DNA of 64,000 nt from a virus (Duplodnaviria > Caudoviricetes): positions 46,482 to 110,481 of IMG/VR virus record IMGVR_UViG_3300032227_000318, one strand, 5' to 3'. Of this stretch, positions 17,848-28,051 are shown one piece after another; position 1 is the stretch's first letter; each line of letters opens with the position of its first letter. The notes under the pieces were generated by a model. It was not told the origin of the DNA and made no database searches. It saw only the letters and a program-made list of their open reading frames with translations. The position numbers were made by a program, and so were the translations under genes.

Positions 17848-19727
17848 TATTTTGGTCCAAATGTTGCTGGTTTACGAACAGGTGCAGCAGCCGCCATTGC
17901 ACTTGGTGCAGCCAATGTACTATTTCTGGCAGGTTGTACACTAGGTGTAGCACTTGATGTTGGCTTAGCAGGAACAGAAGGACCACTTCTTTGTGCCATA
18001 CCAGCTTTCATCTTCAACTCAGCAGATTGTGCCGCTGTTTGTGTTGGAGTAGCTGCTGTACCGCCAGCCTTCACATCGGTCTTCATTGTCTTGTTTTGAG
18101 CAGCATTAAGATAGTTTCTTAGAATTTCTTTGCTACTTGGATCGGCTTTGATGCCTCTGCTCTGTGCCCAAGCTTGAACATCTTTAATACCAGCTTTACC
18201 TTTCTTTGCAGCTTCTCTTTGCTTGTCGCTGAATTCAAAGCTTGGCTTAGCACTCATGACATTTGCTGGTTTCAAATTGGTTTGAACATTTGTTGCAGCC
18301 GATGCTGATGGTGGTTGATTACCAACTGGTGTTGATGAAGTAGCTAATTCTAATCCTGCTCCTGCTGCTAAAGCAGAACCGCCTTTTGCAATTCTAGCCG
18401 CATTTGCTGCGGCAGCATTAGGTGTTTTTGGTCTATTTGCAATTCTGGCAATTCTGGCAGCATTTGCTGCGGCAGCATTAGGTGCGTTACCTTGTTGTAC
18501 TGCTGGTCTTGCACCAGCAGAAGATTGCGCTCTATTTGTTACAGTAGCGTTTCTACGTATTTCTCTTTTGGCTTGATCAATACGTAGCTTTGATGCATCA
18601 GCAGCACTCATATTCGTTCTAACTGGTGCAACATTTCCACTCTGCTGTCTCATCTTTGCAACTTGACCTTGCATTGTTCCCTGCACTGCTGCTGATTGTT
18701 TTTTAGGAACTAGACGCTTTCTTGTTCTAGGTCCTGAACTAGTGTTTATTTTTTCGCCGGTTCTTGTATTTACATTTCTAAGACCAGGATCAATTCTAAC
18801 CGGTCTACGAGCAAGTGTTCCTGTTTTTGCAGTACCACCACCAAATCTACCGCCACCGTAAGGTGTGTAGGGTTGACCTAAACCAGCAGTCATTCTATTT
18901 TCATAAGAATCAATATCATCCTCGTTTAAAACCGCCACGGCCTGCTTTTCAGCAGAAGCAGTTACACTCAAACCGTGGCGGTTATTAAAACCCTCTTTTT
19001 CTTCTTTCATTGCCTGCTTTGTAGCAGTGGCATACATTACTTCTTTACCGCGTCCAGGATAACGCTTTTCCCAGTTAGAGACTGGCTTCATAGACTTGGC
19101 TATTTCTTCGCGCTTTGCCATTTCAGCGTTAGTCATTTTCTTTTCTGCTAACTTCTTCATTATCTTATTCACAACAGCTTCTTTTATCGTACCTACAGGA
19201 AGAGAAGTCTTAGCAGCACGATTGACTGTCTGTGTCTTTGGCTTTGCATAGTCAGGAGTTGTTCCTGCTGGTGCATAATCAGGCTTCTTGATGCCCATTG
19301 AAGATGGTGATGTTACATCGCTTTCTTCCATTGGCTTCTTCTTAGCACGAAGCATCTTGAAATCTTTTGCTGTTAGCTTGTCCTTTTCAGGCTCATGAAC
19401 GTCAAGCTTCTGCTGATTTGGATGAAGTTCTTCTTTCATAACTTCCCAATCTTTACCAGGATTCTTCACAGAATTAATCTCTTTGCCGGAAGTCTTGTGC
19501 TTATACATCTTAGCACTTTCCTTCTTCTTCACTGGACCCATATCATCACTTTCATTTAGAACCTGCTTATAAGCAGCATCCCACTGACCCTGATGTTCAT
19601 GTGGAAGAGCCTTGCGGTCTTCAATACCAAAATATTCGTTTACTACTCTTGCAGCGTCACGTTCAGCTTGATTTCTCTTCATTACTTCCTGAACTGCACC
19701 AATTAATGGATCGTTTTTGTTAAGCAT
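17847..19727 (-). CDS. Large low-complexity probable head polyprotein
   Basis: Many hydrophobic-x-E sites; PNAAAANAARIA duplicated. Confidence 0.6.
   Translation of the reverse strand: MLNKNDPLIGAVQEVMKRNQAERDAARVVNEYFGIEDRKALPHEHQGQWDAAYKQVLNESDDMGPVKKKESAKMYKHKTSGKEINSVKNPGKDWEVMKEELHPNQQKLDVHEPEKDKLTAKDFKMLRAKKKPMEESDVTSPSSMGIKKPDYAPAGTTPDYAKPKTQTVNRAAKTSLPVGTIKEAVVNKIMKKLAEKKMTNAEMAKREEIAKSMKPVSNWEKRYPGRGKEVMYATATKQAMKEEKEGFNNRHGLSVTASAEKQAVAVLNEDDIDSYENRMTAGLGQPYTPYGGGRFGGGTAKTGTLARRPVRIDPGLRNVNTRTGEKINTSSGPRTRKRLVPKKQSAAVQGTMQGQVAKMRQQSGNVAPVRTNMSAADASKLRIDQAKREIRRNATVTNRAQSSAGARPAVQQGNAPNAAAANAARIARIANRPKTPNAAAANAARIAKGGSALAAGAGLELATSSTPVGNQPPSASAATNVQTNLKPANVMSAKPSFEFSDKQREAAKKGKAGIKDVQAWAQSRGIKADPSSKEILRNYLNAAQNKTMKTDVKAGGTAATPTQTAAQSAELKMKAGMAQRSGPSVPAKPTSSATPSVQPARNSTLAAPSAMAAAAPVRKPATFGPK
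18400..18484. repeat. Direct repeat gcatttgctgcggcagcattaggtg x2 (60-bp period)
   Basis: Copies at 18400 and 18460. Confidence 0.8.
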
Positions 19728-19769
19728 TTTAGTGTTCCTCTATGGATTTTACTTATATTTATTGAATTT

Positions 19770-22700
19770 CTATTCTTCGCAGTTCCAGCGTCTAAGCGAC
19801 ATGGCTTTACGTGTTGGTCTGCCCTTTTTATCTTTCATTGGGCCTCTCATATTACCCATTCTAGCACAGAAACGCCGGCGGCGTTTCGCTGCTTCTCCTT
19901 TTGGATCTAGTTTAGATGGTGGTGTTGTAACCGCAGTCTTGATACCAAAGTGCTTTGCACCTTTTCTTGTTAATCCTGCACCACTCTCAGTTGATCTGTA
20001 AAGACCTTTTGAATCTGCACCACGTTCATTAAGCTGCTCTTCTGCAACTTGCTTTGCTCTTGCTGTAGCAATTGCAAAAGCTTTATTTTTTGACATGCCT
20101 TTACGCTTCAGAGCCATAACAATCTCTTCGCGCTTCTTCATTTCAGCGTCAGACAATTCTCTTTCAGTTATCTCATCTTTGTTCTGCACGCCTATTGGAC
20201 TTCTAGTATCCATAGGATCTTTACCACTAGAAGCTGCCATTTCTTTTAGCTTCTTAACACTCTTTGCACCAGAATGATCACAACCACAACCAGATTCTTC
20301 TAACTTGATAGCGGCTTCAATTAATTTTTCTTCGGCTAGATGACCATACTTTTCAATAAACTTATGTTGTGTCTTTGCACTATTCATCCAGTTTTCAATA
20401 GATTCAGATAGTGTATACCCAATTGAAGTCATTGGTCTGTACTGAGTTGTAGTTGGACCTATGCCATCACCAAATGGTAAACCGCCTCTTGGTATTACGT
20501 TGTCTTCTTGGGCCAGTTTCTTTTTCTTCTTCTGACCTGGTGTGTCTTTCTTATAACGATTTGTTAGCTTTGGTGTACCCCAATCACCTGCACCATGTTC
20601 TTCCATGAATGTTTCAAATTTATTATCTAGATTTTCAGCAAGAGGTCGCTTGACTTTCTTCTTCAATCTGTTGTTCTTCTTATATTCTTTTTCCATGCTG
20701 ATTGCTTCACGGCCTTCTTCAACAGGCATTCTATTTGATTCACTTACTGTTTTCCAACCGCCACCCTTAGACTTATACCACTTTGAAGCCCAACCGTTAG
20801 CATACGCTGATGGATATACATCAAACTTTGATCTAGCAAGTGACTTTGCTTTTGACCACAATGCAGGATTGGTTGGCTTGTTCTTTTCTGTAAGTAGAGT
20901 TTCGTCTAAACGTTTACCTTCTTTATCGTACTTTCCTGATTTCTTTTTTGCTATTGCGATTGCAGCTTGTTGTGCCCAATTCTTAGCTTCTGTCTGCACA
21001 TTAATAGGCTTGTTACCTTTTCCTGGTCTATCTGCCACTGGATCCTCTCTTCTTTTTCTTCTTGCTGATTTGGCGCGCTCTTCTTTACTCATTGATCTTG
21101 CAGAAGCTAATGGACGACACTTTGGTTTACCTTCTCCAGGCTCACGCGCGCACGGACCCTTAATATTGCCTTTAGTATCAAATCTTACCCATTTTTCACG
21201 GAACCATTTATCAAGGTCTTCGTTCAACTGAACTCTGACTAGTTTGCCACCTTTACTGTGGAACATAACTTTGTTTATGCCATTTACTCTACGGCCAAAT
21301 CTACCAAAACCATAGTATGATAAGCCAAGTCTTCTTGCTTGTGACATTAATTCATTGTCTGGTTTATGTACGACCTGAGGAATAGATTGTTGAGTCTGAG
21401 TGAGTGTCTTATATCTCTTTGGTTCTTGATACTGTGTGATACCGCGCTTCTGTGCTTCACCTTCAATCCATTTCTTTGCTGCTGGATTTTGATTCTCAGA
21501 ACGAACAAACTGTTGTGCCATACGGCGTACACGATCAAATGTTGTCTGTATTGACTGCTTCTCTTCCGGTGATACTTTACGTATATCGGCTGTGTTATCA
21601 ATTACAGCAAAATTTTTATTACCAAATATCTTTTGTAGTTCACCAATATTTTTCTGAGCTAGATCCCACTTCTCTTGACGAATATCTTCTGAACCATCAG
21701 GCACACCTTGCTTATCTGTACCATCAGGAACTTTACGGTTACCCATCTTACCGCGTTCAACATTACGCTGTCTTGATACTTCATTTGATGTATTGACAAA
21801 TACCATCATGGTTTCGTAACCATCATCTTCCAGCTTTTGCTTGACTGTCTTGATCTTCTCTAGATCATCTGCTGTACCATTAATGATTAGGCCTAGACGA
21901 CCTGCTAGTGCTAACCGTTCTTTTTCTTTAGTAATATTCTTTGCACGACCACGAACGATATCACGCTCAACTTTCTCTTCATCAGGCATTTCAAGATCAA
22001 GACCATTCTTTCTCATCAAGTATTCAAACGCAACATCTGAATTTACTTCTTTTAGACCTTCGCCCTGTAGTACTGAGTTCATTACAAAGTCTTTACCAGA
22101 ACCTGGTCCGCCTGCTAAGAAGATTGCTTTTAGTTTACCAGGATCATTGATGCCTTCATTGAGTTGTGTTCTCACCGCTTTAAATCCTTTTACTGCTCTC
22201 TTTTGATATTCATTTGATCCTTTTTTATCCAACCAATAGCTTTCAACACCATTGTCTGTCCAAAGTCCTGATGTTCTATTTTGTATTTCATTGGTATATG
22301 CTTGATTGTCTAATACGTATTGCGGCACATCTGTAGGTGAAACTTCACCAGTTACATTGCCTAATCCTCTAACACCACCCATTGCCGCTGTATTTGTTTC
22401 AATTACATAGCTCTTATCAAACATTTGTGGTTGCTCTTTCGCAAACCAACGCATGATCTTACCTGCTTCTGAATTAGCTTCATTCTCAATATCAGAACCA
22501 GTTGCGCCTTCTTTTTCTATATCTTTACCTAAACGGCCGTCTTCGTTCTGCTTGTGATGTACAAGTTCATGAGCAATAGAACGAAATATGTCCATTGGAT
22601 GACGATTAACTGTGCTGATAGAAAGTTCATTTGATGAAGGATTATATGCAGCGAATGAATTGTAGTCATCATCATCTGACTTATATCTAACAGTAGGCAT

Positions 22701-23402
22701 TGACTTTAGGCCTAGCTTGTCGGATGCAAAAGACACGAAAGAGTCCAGCATTGGTGCTAGTTCTTTACGTGTTACTTCTTCTCGTAGTTGTTTGATTGTT
22801 TTTTGCATGGCACCAATCTTAGTCTTCATTAGCTTGTGAACATCAGCATCATATTTGCCAAACAAATCTTTAATAAACTCTTTTTGAGTCTTATTATCAA
22901 GAGAAACAAATTGCTTACGGAGTTCAGATGCAGATGTAGCTGGTTTACCTAAAACGTCAAATGTAAATGTAGGTGTTACAATGACATAACCTTGCATCTT
23001 TTGAGCATCACCAAATGGTTTCAGATTCTTTTCATTGCCTGCATACGGCTGAAGATATCCTGGTTTACCTGATTTGGTCGGTTGGAATGAAAAGCGAGGG
23101 TCTTCATCCATGTCTTTTTGCGACACTGCAAAGATTAGCACTGTCGTTTTTGGATCAAAATCTTTGAGAATTTCCCTAGCCATGTAGGGATTGAGAACTT
23201 GCTTGATCTTACCAGCTGGAACACCAGCTAGTCTCATCATCTGCTTTTTTTCTTGGAAGTTAAACGGGCTTTTTGGAGCTTCGACTTTATCAGATGTGGC
23301 GATATAAGCATCACCAAACTTGCTCTTTAACCACTGAAAGACCTGAGCGTGACCTTTGTGAAATGGCTGAAAACGCCCAGGATAAATTACTAATTTTTTC
23401 AT
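19770..23402 (-). CDS. Multidomain protein: HxGH nucleotidyltransferase, HExxH metallopeptidase-like domain, P-loop kinase and basic DUF modules
   Basis: PGRFQPFHKGH; AHELVH..Q...ENEAN; AGGPGSGKD. Confidence 0.8.
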   Translation of the reverse strand: MKKLVIYPGRFQPFHKGHAQVFQWLKSKFGDAYIATSDKVEAPKSPFNFQEKKQMMRLAGVPAGKIKQVLNPYMAREILKDFDPKTTVLIFAVSQKDMDEDPRFSFQPTKSGKPGYLQPYAGNEKNLKPFGDAQKMQGYVIVTPTFTFDVLGKPATSASELRKQFVSLDNKTQKEFIKDLFGKYDADVHKLMKTKIGAMQKTIKQLREEVTRKELAPMLDSFVSFASDKLGLKSMPTVRYKSDDDDYNSFAAYNPSSNELSISTVNRHPMDIFRSIAHELVHHKQNEDGRLGKDIEKEGATGSDIENEANSEAGKIMRWFAKEQPQMFDKSYVIETNTAAMGGVRGLGNVTGEVSPTDVPQYVLDNQAYTNEIQNRTSGLWTDNGVESYWLDKKGSNEYQKRAVKGFKAVRTQLNEGINDPGKLKAIFLAGGPGSGKDFVMNSVLQGEGLKEVNSDVAFEYLMRKNGLDLEMPDEEKVERDIVRGRAKNITKEKERLALAGRLGLIINGTADDLEKIKTVKQKLEDDGYETMMVFVNTSNEVSRQRNVERGKMGNRKVPDGTDKQGVPDGSEDIRQEKWDLAQKNIGELQKIFGNKNFAVIDNTADIRKVSPEEKQSIQTTFDRVRRMAQQFVRSENQNPAAKKWIEGEAQKRGITQYQEPKRYKTLTQTQQSIPQVVHKPDNELMSQARRLGLSYYGFGRFGRRVNGINKVMFHSKGGKLVRVQLNEDLDKWFREKWVRFDTKGNIKGPCAREPGEGKPKCRPLASARSMSKEERAKSARRKRREDPVADRPGKGNKPINVQTEAKNWAQQAAIAIAKKKSGKYDKEGKRLDETLLTEKNKPTNPALWSKAKSLARSKFDVYPSAYANGWASKWYKSKGGGWKTVSESNRMPVEEGREAISMEKEYKKNNRLKKKVKRPLAENLDNKFETFMEEHGAGDWGTPKLTNRYKKDTPGQKKKKKLAQEDNVIPRGGLPFGDGIGPTTTQYRPMTSIGYTLSESIENWMNSAKTQHKFIEKYGHLAEEKLIEAAIKLEESGCGCDHSGAKSVKKLKEMAASSGKDPMDTRSPIGVQNKDEITERELSDAEMKKREEIVMALKRKGMSKNKAFAIATARAKQVAEEQLNERGADSKGLYRSTESGAGLTRKGAKHFGIKTAVTTPPSKLDPKGEAAKRRRRFCARMGNMRGPMKDKKGRPTRKAMSLRRWNCEE

Positions 23403-23453
23403 ACTTCCCTCTATAGGAACGTTAATTTATAGAGGTATTTAGTAAATTACGGT

Positions 23454-24515
23454 TTACAAGTATCTGGAATTTATAACTTTTTGTCTAGCTATTCTAGCTA
23501 AAGTTTCGGTCAACGATCTATATTCTACACCAACAAACTCTTTTGCCACTCTCAATAGCTCTAGAATAGGCAGATCAACTACAATAGCATTGATTTTCGA
23601 TTCTTTGTTTGTGTTATAATCTGCTAGCCAGCGATGATGACCATCCATTATGTAACCGTCATTAGATACGATGATTTTATTGTCTGATCTTTGACCAATC
23701 AACTGATCAACCTTTGTCATATCAAATTCAGATTGAGTGGCCTTCAAGTCTTTGACTGGCAATTTCTTTGTAGTGAATGTGACATCATTCTTGGTTAAAT
23801 GTTTGAGAAAATTTGGTACCTGTTCACTTTTGATCTGCGGCATAAGTGCGCGAGAGAATGTCATACCAATCTTTGGTATCTCAATCTCTTCAGAAAGATC
23901 ACGATTATATTTTGATACTTTACCGTCTTTGACGATATATCCAATAGCTTCGACTTTCGGGAACATAGCTGCGACCTTGAATAGAATGTCAAGGTTCTTA
24001 GGATGATCATCCCACATACGCACACGGTCATACTTGCCTGTAGCTAAGTATTTCTTTAAGATTACGCCCTTATTGATATGCGCTGGTGATTTAGGATTAA
24101 GTTTAGATAGGTTGCCTGAACGCTCTACATATACATGATCGATAGGAAAACCATGATCACGAAATGCTTGCAGAAACTCTTTGTGATCATCAAAATCGGC
24201 CCGTGCCGTCAAAATAATTGAATGTGAATTCTCAGATTGATTCCATACAATTTCTTTAGCTCTATCTAAAACATTATTGATAGGTTTGAATGTGTCACGA
24301 AAGATTTTACCTGAGCGAAATTGACTAAAATCAAAACTTTCACCATCTCGTAATTTGTAATGATTGTATGCACCTGTATCAAGCACTTTAACTTGTTTGC
24401 CGTCTTTCATCACAGCCACGCGCGCGTCCGTCACGCCTAGGGTGTCATCAATGTCCCACACATTTAATGTACGGATTTCGTTCTTGTGCTTCTTCAAGTA
24501 TGCTTTGAGTTTCAT
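23454..24515 (-). CDS. HAD-family phosphatase fused to a ParB/Srx-like domain
   Basis: WDIDDTL, ILTAR, WDDH; DGHHRW. Confidence 0.75.
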   Translation of the reverse strand: MKLKAYLKKHKNEIRTLNVWDIDDTLGVTDARVAVMKDGKQVKVLDTGAYNHYKLRDGESFDFSQFRSGKIFRDTFKPINNVLDRAKEIVWNQSENSHSIILTARADFDDHKEFLQAFRDHGFPIDHVYVERSGNLSKLNPKSPAHINKGVILKKYLATGKYDRVRMWDDHPKNLDILFKVAAMFPKVEAIGYIVKDGKVSKYNRDLSEEIEIPKIGMTFSRALMPQIKSEQVPNFLKHLTKNDVTFTTKKLPVKDLKATQSEFDMTKVDQLIGQRSDNKIIVSNDGYIMDGHHRWLADYNTNKESKINAIVVDLPILELLRVAKEFVGVEYRSLTETLARIARQKVINSRYL

Positions 24516-25201
24516 TGATTATCATCTACTCCGTCATGTACCAATTCAGCATCATGGTGTCTCACTCCTCGTTTTACAGTAGTACCTGTTATTCTAATTC
24601 GTGATTTGGGATGTAATATCCAATTCTCTTCGCCGCCATGATTATACATAGATTCCATTCTTCTAGGTGGAAATTTGAAATGTCTTTGATGTGAAATATG
24701 TTCGATGTATGCTGCGCGAGTTCCTTCAGGCACTCTCAATTTTATAATATCTTTTGATTCAAATCTTTTGGCAAATGAAGGAGAACTGCCGTAAGAAGTA
24801 ATACCGTGATGTGTCCTTTCTGTTCCAGGTTTGATATCACCTTCTCCATCAAAACCACGGTACATATACATGTTACGAGGAGTTTTTGTCTTCTTTATGA
24901 CAGCTTCTATCTTTTTAGCACCTTCAGCAACTTTAGGATCGTTGTTCTCGCCTTTGTAGTGATCGTCAAATGGTTTACTACTGGCTAGGTAACTTCTTAT
25001 ATGTGGCACAGTATCATCAGGAACATTTGCGTTGGTCTGTTGATGAAATTGCTTTCTTATCTTACCCTGCTTTAAGATACTAACATGTGGCATGTCCAGG
25101 TATTCTTCGTTCTTCTTTTTCTTGAAGAGTTTACCTAAGCCAAATATCTCTTGGATATTTTCTTGATTATTCTCTGCTCTAAATTGCTTTAATGTCTTCA
25201 T
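24512..25201 (-). CDS. Putative ADP-ribosyltransferase (Alt/VIP2-like)
   Basis: YRG, ITSYGSS, GGEENWIL; MKTLKQFRAE N-terminus. Confidence 0.6.
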   Translation of the reverse strand: MKTLKQFRAENNQENIQEIFGLGKLFKKKKNEEYLDMPHVSILKQGKIRKQFHQQTNANVPDDTVPHIRSYLASSKPFDDHYKGENNDPKVAEGAKKIEAVIKKTKTPRNMYMYRGFDGEGDIKPGTERTHHGITSYGSSPSFAKRFESKDIIKLRVPEGTRAAYIEHISHQRHFKFPPRRMESMYNHGGEENWILHPKSRIRITGTTVKRGVRHHDAELVHDGVDDNQ

Positions 25202-26436
25202 TTCTTTGACCAATTCTTTGTTGCATTGAAGTTTGCTTGTGAAAATTCTAATCTGTCTACCAACTTGACTGCTTTTCCAATTTTATCTATGGCCACAAAC
25301 CCTTCAGGAGCTGTTACTTTGAGTCCAGTTGCGTCTGTTCTTAGATAAGTTCCTACAGAATCTTGCACCTGTTGCAGCTTACGTACTATCATATTTTTAG
25401 CACGAACCAACAAGTTTTGCAAGTCGAAAATTTTCTTCAACTCATTCTTGTTGTCTTTATAGAAATCCATTACAATCTTTTTTTCCATTTGGCGTTTCTG
25501 TTTTGTATCAGCTTTTTTCGCCTCTAAAATGGACTTGTTTAGCTTCTCTTCAGTTGTGGTAATTAATCCTGCAACATGCTGTGCTGTATTTGTTATTTCT
25601 TTTCCTTCACGAACCTTCAAATTATTCCATGCTTTGATGGCTATTTTATATGTATCGTTAGTGGCTATCTGATTCAGTGTGCGCGGTGATATGGTTCTGA
25701 ATAGTGAACCTGCTTGTGAAAGTATAGAGTTTAATTCGTCTGTTTCTTGTTTGGTAAATGTAGCTGTACCAGACGCATCAACAAACGAAGCATCACGATA
25801 CCATACATTCTTTGAACTCTTGAAACCGCCAATGTCCGCACCAAATGATGCTTTCATATCGGCCATAGTATCACCATTGTATGTTGTATGCCAGACAATT
25901 CCCATCTTGGCTGTTTTGATACTATTAGCTAGATTGCTATCGGCTGGTACTACATAGACGATTGTGTTTGGCTGAAATGTAATATACTTTTTATTGTCTA
26001 TAGTTTCTACTTTTAGATCGGCTGTAGTGAACATCATATCGCCTTGCATTACACCAGTAATACCAAGCTCAGGAAGATACTGTAGAGCAATCTTTAATTT
26101 CTTGTTAAGGCCTTCACCAGGATGATTTGCATCTATATCTGCATTGGTATAATTAAGCTTTGCATTCTGAGCGAATACACCTTTAGTACCAACAAAGAAC
26201 TTACCATTCTCTGGATTGATACCGGCAAAGATAGCAGGCGCTCCATCCCACTTTGTCGTTAAGTTAACGGTTCTACCAGTAGCATGACCAGCAAGCATAT
26301 CACGAAGAGACTGTAGAAAGGATATTGCACCTCTTGTGCCAGTAATTCCTCCATTTAATACTTCGTCCTCTAAGTGTTCTAAGTGAAGGTTCTTGCCTTC
26401 TTTTGATTCTTTAAGATATTGACTGAACAGAATCAT
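25198..26436 (-). CDS. DUF6267-like protein with ATP-dependent ligase motifs
   Basis: HLEHLED; TTKWDG, QGD, PEGFV, VKLVDR. Confidence 0.65.
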   Translation of the reverse strand: MILFSQYLKESKEGKNLHLEHLEDEVLNGGITGTRGAISFLQSLRDMLAGHATGRTVNLTTKWDGAPAIFAGINPENGKFFVGTKGVFAQNAKLNYTNADIDANHPGEGLNKKLKIALQYLPELGITGVMQGDMMFTTADLKVETIDNKKYITFQPNTIVYVVPADSNLANSIKTAKMGIVWHTTYNGDTMADMKASFGADIGGFKSSKNVWYRDASFVDASGTATFTKQETDELNSILSQAGSLFRTISPRTLNQIATNDTYKIAIKAWNNLKVREGKEITNTAQHVAGLITTTEEKLNKSILEAKKADTKQKRQMEKKIVMDFYKDNKNELKKIFDLQNLLVRAKNMIVRKLQQVQDSVGTYLRTDATGLKVTAPEGFVAIDKIGKAVKLVDRLEFSQANFNATKNWSKK

Positions 26437-27239
26437 AAACTGCCTCGTGTTTCTATTCTAAATGCAATACTAGTAATGCCGCCTCTTGACTTAGCTCTAA
26501 TATCCATTTTTATTTTCGATTTAATTTTTCTAACATATGCATCATCTACGATATAGAAACCGCCAGGAGATATAACAGAGTTAGCTACCGCACCTTTATA
26601 CTTATTTAATGTCTTTTGTCCTGTCAATGCTTCTTTGATTACTGCATCATAAAACTCTGGATTTTTCTCAACAAAGTCTACAAGATCGGCCATCAGTTCT
26701 GGTTTTTTATTTTGTAACCAGCTTTCATAGTCTTTATCTTTTCTTATTTTACCATTAATAAGAAACTCATCAATAATTTTTTTATTACCCTGTTCTAATA
26801 TTCTTTCCATATTAGATTGTGACATTAATCGTGTCGGTAGAGACTCCATACTTCCAATTATCTGTTGAAGTATTTTTCTTTTGGATGAATTTTGTATTGA
26901 ATCTGCCGCTGCACGAAATAGTTCAGCGGTTGATGCGCCTTGGCCAGATGCCAACTGAATACCGCCTTCCATTTTTACAGATACGAAATACTTTTTTGAT
27001 TTTGTTATAATGACAATATCTGTTTTAGGTTCTGGATTTGCAAATATACCTTTATTACTAACGCCAGGGATAGCTTCATCTGAATGATATATATCAAATT
27101 CTTTAAATTTATTTTTAATATGTCTTACAGATTTTTCAGCCTGACTTTTAATCTTTGCAGAATAATTGCGACTAGGTTTATCGCCTCTAGCAAATTCAAC
27201 TATAGCCCACTCTAAATCTACGCCTTCTGATGCCGCCAT
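26433..27239 (-). CDS. Putative PD-(D/E)xK endonuclease
   Basis: PKTDIVI...YFVSVK; CTAAATA late promoter upstream. Confidence 0.55.
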   Translation of the reverse strand: MAASEGVDLEWAIVEFARGDKPSRNYSAKIKSQAEKSVRHIKNKFKEFDIYHSDEAIPGVSNKGIFANPEPKTDIVIITKSKKYFVSVKMEGGIQLASGQGASTAELFRAAADSIQNSSKRKILQQIIGSMESLPTRLMSQSNMERILEQGNKKIIDEFLINGKIRKDKDYESWLQNKKPELMADLVDFVEKNPEFYDAVIKEALTGQKTLNKYKGAVANSVISPGGFYIVDDAYVRKIKSKIKMDIRAKSRGGITSIAFRIETRGSL

Positions 27240-27274
27240 ATTCAATACCTCTGTTTTAAGGTATTTAGCTGAAA

Positions 27275-27300
27275 TAAAAAAAGCGACCCGAAGGTCGCCT
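27275..27300 (-). terminator. Intrinsic terminator
   Basis: GCGACC-TTCG-GGTCGC followed by a T tract. Confidence 0.8.
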
Positions 27301-27304
27301 TTCT

Positions 27305-28030
27305 TTACTCTTCTTTGAGATTGAGTTTGATCTTTGTTTGGTGATCTATTGGACACTTTCGTCCGTCTGGATACACACCTTGAAAGTAATGCTTTTCCCA
27401 TGTCTTATCTATAGGTGTATTTGGATTTTCTAACATGAGTCTATCAAAATCACCTCTACTCTTTGACCACTGCTCATAGTTCTTGGCCTCTTCTTCATGC
27501 AACTCTAGAGGTCTAACGATAGAACGAAACTCTTCAGTATACTTTCTTTCCATTGGATAGAAAAACAAGAATGGTTCAAAAGGTTCAAATACAATCTCTC
27601 TGTCTGGCTCAGTCATTATCCAGTTCATAGTGAATGTAGCTGGATTCCAATCAGTCTCAACAATACCTGTTAGTGGTGCAATGCCTCTCTTCGGATTGTT
27701 TGGTGTTCCTGATACATACAGATTTACATTTTCTGGTGTACGAACAATAAAATCAGGATGAAAAGTAACTACACCACCGCCAAAGTGTGAGACACATATT
27801 CTATCACCGCCTTCGATAGTAATATCATCAACGTGGTTGCCGCCATTCCAATTTATCTTAATGCGCTGAGAAGTCGATACTTCAAAACCATTTAGATTTG
27901 CGATTGTAAGAGGAAGACAACGGTACGCATATTTGTCTTGACTATTTTCCATCCATTCACGTTCACGAACACCCTTTCGGACATGAATAGTGCTTTGCCG
28001 ATGTATACGATATAGAATAATATCTTTCAT
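27305..28030 (-). CDS. DUF6065-like protein
   Basis: AYRCLPLTIAN, GIVETDW...FTMNW, HQTK. Confidence 0.65.
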   Translation of the reverse strand: MKDIILYRIHRQSTIHVRKGVREREWMENSQDKYAYRCLPLTIANLNGFEVSTSQRIKINWNGGNHVDDITIEGGDRICVSHFGGGVVTFHPDFIVRTPENVNLYVSGTPNNPKRGIAPLTGIVETDWNPATFTMNWIMTEPDREIVFEPFEPFLFFYPMERKYTEEFRSIVRPLELHEEEAKNYEQWSKSRGDFDRLMLENPNTPIDKTWEKHYFQGVYPDGRKCPIDHQTKIKLNLKEE

Positions 28031-28051
28031 AATATAACCTTTCAAATCAAA

